A DNA stretch of 64,000 nt from an uncultured Eubacteriales bacterium. Lineage in GTDB: Bacteria > Bacillota > Clostridia > Oscillospirales > QAKW01. The position numbers were made by a program, and so were the translations under genes. The notes under the pieces were generated by a model. It was not told the origin of the DNA. It did no database searches and saw only the letters and a program-made list of their open reading frames with translations. This document shows positions 57,343-64,000 of the stretch, piece by piece; position 1 is the stretch's first letter; every line of letters starts with the position of its first letter. The stretch spans positions 34,446 to 98,445 of the forward strand of contig CAYRYQ010000001.1 of the NCBI GenBank assembly GCA_964428505.1. Direction: 5' to 3'.

Positions 57343-57868
57343 ATGTGGGGCTCAACTGCACCACAAAAAACAGATAATCGCCAACACCCAAAAGCTCCAA
57401 AAGCAAAATGCTCAGAAACGGAAGAATGATCAGCGCCGGAAAGTAAAGCCACCAAAAAAAACGCTGCGGCCGGACCCTGTCTTTGTATGCCATCTGCTCT
57501 TCAATCGAAAGATCGGCAAACTGCTCCATACGAATTTTGCGCAAGGCCGGAGATAACCCATAGCCGCCCTCTCGCTCATCCTCCAACGCGGTTTTCAGTT
57601 CTCCGCGAATGATTACATAAAAAACCAGCGCGGAAACCGCGTTCATGGGAAGCGCCCAATACCAATAAAAAAGCGCGTCCATTGCCACATTCAGGAAAAA
57701 GGGCCAAACAGTATTGCCGATTATTGCAAGGGTGCCGCGGCGCATGGAATAGTTGTGCTGTTTAAAAAAGTATTCAAATAAATTGTAGGCGATCAAAAGC
57801 CCCATCGCACCTAAAATGATGTATCCGGCGGATAGGCCGTTGATCCAAGGAAGAATGGTGTATTTCAT
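57341..57868 (-). CDS. hypothetical polytopic membrane protein
   Basis: 175 aa with four or more hydrophobic segments and an AAGGAG RBS. I recognise no family. Confidence 0.5.
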   Translation of the reverse strand: MKYTILPWINGLSAGYIILGAMGLLIAYNLFEYFFKQHNYSMRRGTLAIIGNTVWPFFLNVAMDALFYWYWALPMNAVSALVFYVIIRGELKTALEDEREGGYGLSPALRKIRMEQFADLSIEEQMAYKDRVRPQRFFWWLYFPALIILPFLSILLLELLGVGDYLFFVVQLSPT

Positions 57869-58005
57869 CAGATTTGCTCCTTATTGCAGATTGGGAGAGA
57901 TGTTCTTACATTATTCACAAACATTTCATGGTTTCTTTTCTTGAAAAAGACATAGGCAGGTGTTAAAATAAAAGCAAAGACAAAGAAGGATAAGGAGATG
58001 GAACT

Positions 58006-58485
58006 ATGTCCTATTGCAGAAATTGCGGTCATAGGCTGGAAGACAGCATGAGCGGCTGCGCCTCTTGCGGCTGCCCCCGCGGGATGGGGATCGGTTTTTG
58101 CGAAAAATGCGGAGAAAAATTAATTCCGGGAACCATGTATTGCGCCCGCTGCGGTGCGCCTGCGGGGATGCCGGAGCCACCTCGGCCCGCCATGAAACCG
58201 CACAAAGCACGTTCCCGTTATGCGGCGGCTGTTTACGGGATCGTTTTGGGTGCTTTCGGTGTGCATAACTTTTATCTGGGTCATACCGGGAAAGCCATTG
58301 GTCAGCTGGTCATTACGCTTGTTGTTTACAGCTCCGTTGGCGGAAAGCTGCTGCCGGCGGCAATCGCGCCGGTGTTGGCTCCGATGCTGGCAGGGCTTTG
58401 GGGCTTTATTGAAGGCGTGCAGATTTTGGTGGGGGATCGGACTACCGACGCATTTGGAACCCCGCTGCGGCAATGGAATGAATAA
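58006..58485 (+). CDS. zinc-ribbon plus TM2 domain protein
   Basis: Two CxxC...CxxC ribbons (CRNCGH..CASCGC and CEKCGE..CARCGA), then TM2-like AAVYGIVLGAFGVHNFYLGHTGKAIGQL. Confidence 0.7.
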   Translation: MSYCRNCGHRLEDSMSGCASCGCPRGMGIGFCEKCGEKLIPGTMYCARCGAPAGMPEPPRPAMKPHKARSRYAAAVYGIVLGAFGVHNFYLGHTGKAIGQLVITLVVYSSVGGKLLPAAIAPVLAPMLAGLWGFIEGVQILVGDRTTDAFGTPLRQWNE

Positions 58486-58529
58486 GAAAAACGGAGCTTC
58501 ACTGTTTAGGTGAAGCTTTGTTTTTTATT

Positions 58530-59354
58530 TTATAAGTTGATCTCCTCAAAAATTGGCGAAGCTTTTGCAAGGGAAGCCAGATGCGCACCCTCTGCACTGC
58601 GGATGGTCCAGAAAAAAATCGGCGCATGGAACAGATGGCGGCACATCCAGAAGGAAAGATTATGGCGGTCCAGATAATTATAGGAGATAAAATCCGGGCG
58701 GGAGAGCACATTGACCAAGAGATTTCGCAACACAAAATCTATGATCGGCGCAATCTTCGCGCCATCTTTTCGCACATAAGCCGCCAGCTGGCCGCGCACC
58801 AGCGTGGGGGCGTTCCGGCGAAACCAAAAAAGTGCCCGCGGATCAAAGGACTCCACGCAATAAGGCCCATGATAGCAAGAAAGCGCGCGCCAAAGAGCAG
58901 GACACAGCAGCTTCTGATTTCCCCGGAAGACCTTCGCCTCAATCAGCAGCGGCACGGCGCCGTCAATCAGGGCCAAAACCTCTTCCAGCAGCGGAAGGCG
59001 TTGGTCGGTTCCTTCCAGGCGGCAGTTTTGGAGCTTAGACCAAGGCATGTCTTCTATGGTGCCCTGGATTCCGCAGGGGCGCAAAAGGTTGTCGTCATGC
59101 TCTACCACAAGACGGCCGTCTTTGCTCAGATGCACGTCCAGTTCAATGGCAAAGCCCTGTTCTTTCGCGTGTTGAAAGGCCAAAAGGGAATTTTCCGGCA
59201 CCCCTTTTGTGCGGTCATGCAGGCCGCGATGGGCATATTTCCATCCCTGAAGCTGCCGGAAAGCAACCGGGCTTTGTCGTCGGGGCGCGATCAGATAGAG
59301 CCAAATGCAAAAGAAGCAGGAGGCGAAAAGTCCGGTAATCAAAAAAGGGTTCAT
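58530..59354 (-). CDS. glycerophosphodiester phosphodiesterase family protein (membrane anchored)
   Basis: YAHRGLH...PENSLLAFQHA...GFAIELDVHLSKDGRLVVEHD are GDPD motifs. The ATG at 59354 is preferred because GAGGA lies 5 nt upstream. Confidence 0.85.
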   Translation of the reverse strand: MNPFLITGLFASCFFCIWLYLIAPRRQSPVAFRQLQGWKYAHRGLHDRTKGVPENSLLAFQHAKEQGFAIELDVHLSKDGRLVVEHDDNLLRPCGIQGTIEDMPWSKLQNCRLEGTDQRLPLLEEVLALIDGAVPLLIEAKVFRGNQKLLCPALWRALSCYHGPYCVESFDPRALFWFRRNAPTLVRGQLAAYVRKDGAKIAPIIDFVLRNLLVNVLSRPDFISYNYLDRHNLSFWMCRHLFHAPIFFWTIRSAEGAHLASLAKASPIFEEINL

Positions 59355-59488
59355 GACGGTCCTCAATATCAAAAGAGTTTCGGGCTTCTAAAGAAAGAGA
59401 AGCCGGTTATCTGTGTGCCGCCGGAAAGGGGCGGCCTGTGGCCGGATAGCCGGAACGCCCCGGTTTTAAAACCGGGGCGTTTTCTTTT

Positions 59489-60637
59489 TTATAGCAAAGA
59501 GCGATAGAGCGCCTTGATTTCCTCTGCGCTGGTATCCCGTGGATTCCCGGGGCGGCAAGCGTCGGCGAAAGCGGATTCTGCCAAAAAGTCCAGATCTTTT
59601 TCTTTGACGATCTCGCTCAGATCGGCAGGAATTCCAACATCTGCAGAAAGCTTTTTCACTGCGTCAACCGCGGCCTTGCGATATTCTTCCACGCTCATCT
59701 TTTCGGTTCCTTCCACCCCCATTGCGGCGGCAATATAACGGTATTTGTCGCCGGTGTTCGGTGCGTTGTACTCCATAACGGTGGGGAGAATAATCGCGTT
59801 GGCAACGCCGTGCGGGGTATCATATACCGCGCCCAAAGGATGCGCCATACTGTGCACAATACCAAGCCCGACATTGGAAAAGCCCATCCCTGCGATATAC
59901 TGGCCAAGCGCCATGCCTTCCCGGCCTTCTGGCTTATTTTCTACCGCGGCCCGCAGGCTCTTGGAAATGATTTCGATGGCCTTCAGATGGAACATATCGG
60001 TCATCTCCCAGGCCCCTTTGGTGGTAAAGCCTTCAATGGCGTGGGTGAGGGCGTCCATTCCGGTGGCAGCAGTCAGCCCTTTGGGCATACTGCTCATCAT
60101 ATCGGGATCCACAATCGCGATATCGGGAATATCATTGACATCCACACATACAAATTTGCGGTTTTTATCTTCGTCGGTAATCACATAGTTGATGGTTACC
60201 TCTGCTGCTGTTCCCGCAGTGGTGGGAACGGCAATCGTGAACACCGCCTTCTTTTTGGTGGGAGCAACTCCTTCCAAAGAGCGCACGTCCGCAAATTCCG
60301 GATTATTGACAATGATCCCTATGGCTTTCGCGGTATCCATAGAGGAACCGCCTCCTACTGTGACGATACAGTCTGCGCCGCTCTCCGAGAAAGCCTTGAC
60401 CCCGTCCTGCACATTTTTAATGGTGGGATTCGGCTTGATGTCGGAAAACAGGGTATAAGGAAAGCCGGCGGCATTCAAAACCTCTAAAACTTTTCCGGTC
60501 ACACCGTGTTCCACCAAGGTATGATCTGAGCAGATGAAAGCCTTTTTAAAGCCCTTGTCTTTTAATACCGAGCCGATCTCCTGAATGGCGCCGGCACCAT
60601 GATAGGAAATGCCGTTTAACACAATACGATTAACCAT
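59489..60637 (-). CDS. iron-containing alcohol dehydrogenase (lactaldehyde reductase FucO-like)
   Basis: 382 aa from MVNRIVLNGISYHGAGAIQEIG. GGGSSMDTAKA motif and the His cluster HAIEG...HSMAHPLG. Confidence 0.9.
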   Translation of the reverse strand: MVNRIVLNGISYHGAGAIQEIGSVLKDKGFKKAFICSDHTLVEHGVTGKVLEVLNAAGFPYTLFSDIKPNPTIKNVQDGVKAFSESGADCIVTVGGGSSMDTAKAIGIIVNNPEFADVRSLEGVAPTKKKAVFTIAVPTTAGTAAEVTINYVITDEDKNRKFVCVDVNDIPDIAIVDPDMMSSMPKGLTAATGMDALTHAIEGFTTKGAWEMTDMFHLKAIEIISKSLRAAVENKPEGREGMALGQYIAGMGFSNVGLGIVHSMAHPLGAVYDTPHGVANAIILPTVMEYNAPNTGDKYRYIAAAMGVEGTEKMSVEEYRKAAVDAVKKLSADVGIPADLSEIVKEKDLDFLAESAFADACRPGNPRDTSAEEIKALYRSLL

Positions 60638-60736
60638 ATTTAAAACCTCCTGTAATTTTGGGTTTTTCCAGATTATCTTTATTGTAAAGCTTTTGAATGA
60701 AGAAGTCAATAAAATGGAAAAAGATTCACGGTTCGG

Positions 60737-63103
60737 TTACGTTTTTTGTGCGAGGGCATCCCAAAGCGCGTCGGCGTGCAGCACGCCTTCCGGCAAGGTC
60801 CCTTCCATGATTTGTTCTGCCAGCATGCCGCCAACCTCTTTCTCAACGATCCGATTGATGGAGCGGGCGCCGTAACGGCGGTCATAGCCCTTGACCGCAA
60901 CCTCCCGGGCAACGTCCTCTCCGAAATGCACCATAAAGCCGTGTTTCTCCAGCCGCTGCTCCAGTCGTTGAAGCTGAAGCGCTGCAATCTGCTCTAATGC
61001 GGGTGGATCCAGAGAACGGAAGACCACGATTTCATCCAGACGATTCACAAATTCCGGGCGCAAGGTCGTGGTGACCGCCCGGCGGACCGTTTTGGCCAGC
61101 TCCGGAAATTTTTGATCCCCAAAGCCCAAAGGATCATTCTGCAGAGAGGCGGTGCCCAGATTAGAGGTGAGAATGATCAATGCGTTGCGGAAATTGGCGG
61201 TTTTCCCCTGCCCATCGGTCAGCCTTCCTTCGTCCAACACGCTCAAAAGAACGTTTAGCACATCCGGATGGGCTTTCTCGATTTCATCGAATACCACAAT
61301 GCAATAAGGATGCGCCCGAACCCGGCTGACCAGCCCGCCGCCCTGATCAAAGCCCACATAACCGGGCGGGGAGCCAATCAGGCGGGACACGGTGTGGGGC
61401 TCCATATATTCCCCCATATCATATTTAATCAAGGCATCTTCCCGGCCGAAAAGCTCCTTGGCCAGCTGCTTGCATAATTGGGTTTTTCCCACGCCGGTAG
61501 GTCCGCAGAAAAGCAGGGTACAGCTGGGCCGGTTGGGATCGGACACGCCAGTACGGGACCGCAGCAGGGCGGAGCACAGCGCATGCACGCCTTCCTGCTG
61601 CCCGATCAGCTGCGCATTCAGCCGGTTCTCCAGTCCCCGTAGCAAGGAATCTCCGGCAAAATCGCCTTCTTCCAGCGGAACGCCGGTTTTTTCCGACACC
61701 AGCGCGGATATTTTTGCGGGAGTGATCAATCCTTGCGGGCGTGCTCCCTCCCGGTCCTCCAGAACCTGCAGCTGCTCCAGTTCCTCCCGGATCGCCAGAG
61801 CGGCGGGGAATTGGCGGGCGCGCATCAGGCGCTCCAGCTCGATTTGTTTCTGCACAATTTTAGTGCGCCGGTCCTCTTCTTTGTCTGTATAGGCCCGCAG
61901 CTGCTCCTTGGCGCCCGCCTCATCCAGAAGGTCGATGGCCTTATCCGGCAGAAAACGGTCGCCCATAAACCGTATGGATAGACGCACAGCCGCTTCCAGT
62001 GTTTCATCTGGATATTTAACGCTGTGGTGCTCTTCCAGAGAAGGCTGGATGCCATGCAGAATGGCCAGAGTCTCTTCTTCGGAAGGCTCCTCCACCATGA
62101 TCGGTGCGAAGCGTCGTTCCAAAGCGCCGTCCTTTTCAATGTGTTTACGGTATTCCTCTAGGGTGGTGGCGCCGATCACCTTGATTTTGCCCCGGGCCAG
62201 AGCCGGTTTCAAAATATTGGCGGCATCAATGGCGCCTTCTGCGGCGCCGGCGCCAACCATAATGTGCATCTCGTCGATAAAAAGCACCATATTGGGGTCT
62301 TTTTCCGCCTCGTCAATCAGCGCTTTCAGGCGCTCTTCAAATTCGCCGCGGTATTTGGTGCCGGCGATCATCGCGGTGAGGTCCAGCATTTGAATCTGCA
62401 CCTCCCGGAGTGCCGGCGGAACCTGCCCTAAAATAATGCGCTGAGCAAGGCCCTCAACAATCACGGTTTTCCCGACGCCCGGCTCGCCGATCAGGCAGGG
62501 ATTGTTTTTGTTGCGCCGGACCAGAATGCTCATCAAGGCCTGCAACTCTTTTTCCCGGCCGATCAGAGGGTGATGGTGGTTCATAACGCCTTCTTTGGTC
62601 AGATTGATTGCATATTTGACCATGCTTTTTCCGGGGCGGGTCTTGGTTTTGTCTGCTTGAAGCGGCAGGTCGGTCAGCCCCATGCGCTCTTGCAGGGAAA
62701 GGGAGAGCTTTTTGGGGTCGCAGCCGATCTCTGAGAGCAGCTTATACCCCACCGCCTCCGGCGTTTCGCACAGAGCCATCAACAGGTGATCCGTGCCGAC
62801 CACGGAAAATCCGAACCGATGGGCAATTTCGCCTGCTTTTGTAATAATTCCTTCCAGTCTTGGCGTCATATCATTGATGGAAAGCAACGTTGGGGATCCG
62901 GTTCCGATCAACTGCTCCATTTTCCCGCTGATTTTATCGGCGGTGATTCCTTTGGAAATCATCAGCCGTGAGGCAACGCCCTCGCTTTCTTTTAGAAGGC
63001 CGAAAAGCAGATGCTCACTGCCCAGATAGGTGTGTCCTAATTCTTCCGCAAGATTTAAGCTTCTCTCTAAAGCGTGGGCCGCCAGTTTCGAAAATCGTTC
63101 CAT
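60737..63103 (-). CDS. clpC: ATP-dependent Clp ATPase subunit (ClpC-like, two AAA+ modules)
   Basis: 788 aa from MERFSKLAAHALERSLNLAEELGHTYLGSEHLLFGLL (Clp_N repeat). Walker A motifs GEPGVGKT and GPTGVGKT. Confidence 0.9.
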   Translation of the reverse strand: MERFSKLAAHALERSLNLAEELGHTYLGSEHLLFGLLKESEGVASRLMISKGITADKISGKMEQLIGTGSPTLLSINDMTPRLEGIITKAGEIAHRFGFSVVGTDHLLMALCETPEAVGYKLLSEIGCDPKKLSLSLQERMGLTDLPLQADKTKTRPGKSMVKYAINLTKEGVMNHHHPLIGREKELQALMSILVRRNKNNPCLIGEPGVGKTVIVEGLAQRIILGQVPPALREVQIQMLDLTAMIAGTKYRGEFEERLKALIDEAEKDPNMVLFIDEMHIMVGAGAAEGAIDAANILKPALARGKIKVIGATTLEEYRKHIEKDGALERRFAPIMVEEPSEEETLAILHGIQPSLEEHHSVKYPDETLEAAVRLSIRFMGDRFLPDKAIDLLDEAGAKEQLRAYTDKEEDRRTKIVQKQIELERLMRARQFPAALAIREELEQLQVLEDREGARPQGLITPAKISALVSEKTGVPLEEGDFAGDSLLRGLENRLNAQLIGQQEGVHALCSALLRSRTGVSDPNRPSCTLLFCGPTGVGKTQLCKQLAKELFGREDALIKYDMGEYMEPHTVSRLIGSPPGYVGFDQGGGLVSRVRAHPYCIVVFDEIEKAHPDVLNVLLSVLDEGRLTDGQGKTANFRNALIILTSNLGTASLQNDPLGFGDQKFPELAKTVRRAVTTTLRPEFVNRLDEIVVFRSLDPPALEQIAALQLQRLEQRLEKHGFMVHFGEDVAREVAVKGYDRRYGARSINRIVEKEVGGMLAEQIMEGTLPEGVLHADALWDALAQKT

Positions 63104-63222
63104 GGTAATCACACTCCTTTGATAACCATTATTGACAAAACGAACCTCTTTCATTATATGATTGAAAAATAACGGTTAGTATGGTATCATTTGGGGGAAC
63201 GCTGATAAAAAGGAAGGGTCTT

Positions 63223-63723
63223 ATGATACATATTGTGCTGGTGGAGCCGGAAATTCCTCAAAACACCGGAAATATTTCCAGAACCTGTGCCGCGGCGGGG
63301 CTGGCGCTGCATCTGATAAAGCCGCTGGGATTTGATATCAGCGAAAAGGCTGTGCGCCGGGCCGGGCTGGATTATTGGCAGTTTTTGCGTTTGACGGTGC
63401 ACGAAGGCTATAAAGAATTTTTAAAATCGGCGGCCGGCCGCGGGCGTTTTTATTATTGTACCACCAAGGGTGCGCAGCCATACAGCGAAATGAATTATCA
63501 GACCGAGGAAGACCTGTTTTTTCTTTTTGGGCCGGAATCCCGCGGCCTGCCGGAGCGGATTTTAAAGCAGCATCCGGGCAGCTGCATCCGCATTCCGATG
63601 ATCGAAGGAGCCAGAAGCCTGAATTTGTCCAACGCGGTGGCCGTAATTGCTTACGAAGCGCTGCGGCAGCAATCCTTCGGTTCTCTGCAAAAAATCGGGC
63701 ACCTGACCGGCAGAATAGATTAA
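63223..63723 (+). CDS. trmL: tRNA (cytidine/uridine-2'-O-)-methyltransferase TrmL (SpoU/TrmH family)
   Basis: 166 aa from MIHIVLVEPEIPQNTGNISRTCAA. The SPOUT knot motifs are FGPESRGLP and IPMIEGARSLNLSNAVAV. Confidence 0.85.
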   Translation: MIHIVLVEPEIPQNTGNISRTCAAAGLALHLIKPLGFDISEKAVRRAGLDYWQFLRLTVHEGYKEFLKSAAGRGRFYYCTTKGAQPYSEMNYQTEEDLFFLFGPESRGLPERILKQHPGSCIRIPMIEGARSLNLSNAVAVIAYEALRQQSFGSLQKIGHLTGRID

Positions 63724-63767
63724 TAAAGGAAAGCCATACTACCGATAAAGAGGTGGTGTGGCTTTGT

Positions 63768-64000
63768 TTTCATTATTATTGATCGCGCAGGCTTGCTCGT
63801 TGACCGGCGGTTTTGTGCAGACGCTGGTGCTGTCCTGGGTGGCAGCGGAGTTGGGCGGCGGGATTTACAGCCTGAGTGCGTACCTGATTGCCTGCTATCT
63901 GCCGGTGGCGCTGCTTTCTTATCCGTTTGGGCGATGGCTGGACCGGCGGCCGCAGAAAGCGTATTTGGTCGGCAGCGAGCTGGTTTTGGCCTTGTTGTCG
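63768..64000 (+). CDS. probable MFS transporter, 3'-truncated by the window edge
   Basis: It is not in the track, so I translated it by hand from the GTG at 63768 (RBS GAGGTGG). The product is ALFSLLLIAQACSLTGGFVQTLVLSWVAAELGGGIYSLSAYLIACYLPVALLSYPFGRWLDRRP, hydrophobic with the G-R-x-x-D-R motif position typical of MFS loop 2-3. Confidence 0.45.

Noticed and set aside
59454-59490. Perfect palindromic hairpin aacgccccggtttt/aaaaccggggcgtt, considered as the terminator of the alcohol dehydrogenase gene
   Set aside because: The U-tract is on the plus strand only, while both neighbouring genes are on the minus strand. It may still pause or terminate minus-strand transcription, but I cannot support a confident terminator call.
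63104-63222. CtsR operator upstream of clpC
   Set aside because: The best candidate, TGTCAATAATGGTTATC, has about five mismatches to GGTCAAANANGGTCAAA. No ctsR, mcsA or mcsB genes precede clpC here.
1-64000. Search by eye for tRNA/rRNA genes, CRISPR repeats, IS elements, integrases, phage genes, toxin-antitoxin pairs and known defence systems
   Set aside because: I found none. All sizeable ORFs are accounted for by housekeeping, transport or surface-protein genes. No direct-repeat arrays or terminal inverted repeats were noticed. A tRNAscan/Infernal/ISfinder run would be needed to make this definitive.

Overview
The window looks like the chromosomal replication-origin region of a spore-forming Clostridia-type Firmicute. 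The taxonomic call rests on the gene content below, an alpha/beta SASP gene, and dockerin- and SLH-bearing surface proteins. The canonical origin set is present: rsmG-mnmG-mnmE-jag-yidC-yidD-rnpA-rpmH on the minus strand, then dnaA-dnaN-yaaA-recF-remB(DUF370)-gyrB-gyrA on the plus strand. A cluster of degenerate DnaA boxes lies in the dnaA-dnaN spacer, and gene-strand polarity switches at about 39.8-41.6 kb. The rest is mostly housekeeping: fumC, ppdK, ftsK, rny, glyQS, recG, clpC, trmL, and noc/parA/parB with two parS sites. I found no tRNA, rRNA, CRISPR array, transposase, integrase or recognisable defence system, and I see no convincing novel multi-gene system. The observations most worth a second look are these. 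(1) The feoA-feoA-feoB ferrous-iron uptake operon carries at least six independent inactivating lesions, while every other long gene here is intact. (2) A perfect 40-bp palindrome overlaps the -10 of a near-consensus feo promoter, and its TTAGC-N4-GCTAA core recurs twice nearby. (3) The 10.7-kb block holding noc-parA-parB is entirely plus-strand, so it would be head-on to replication. parB is also translationally coupled to a membrane coiled-coil protein, RNase HI and a lipoprotein. (4) A BacA/UppP-family protein lacks its first catalytic motif. (5) A thioredoxin-fold protein has no cysteine. (6) ppdK contains no TTA, CTA or TCA codon, which leaves a 913-codon stop-free ORF on the opposite strand. 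All calls come from reading the supplied translations and sequence by eye; no database search or numerical computation was run.
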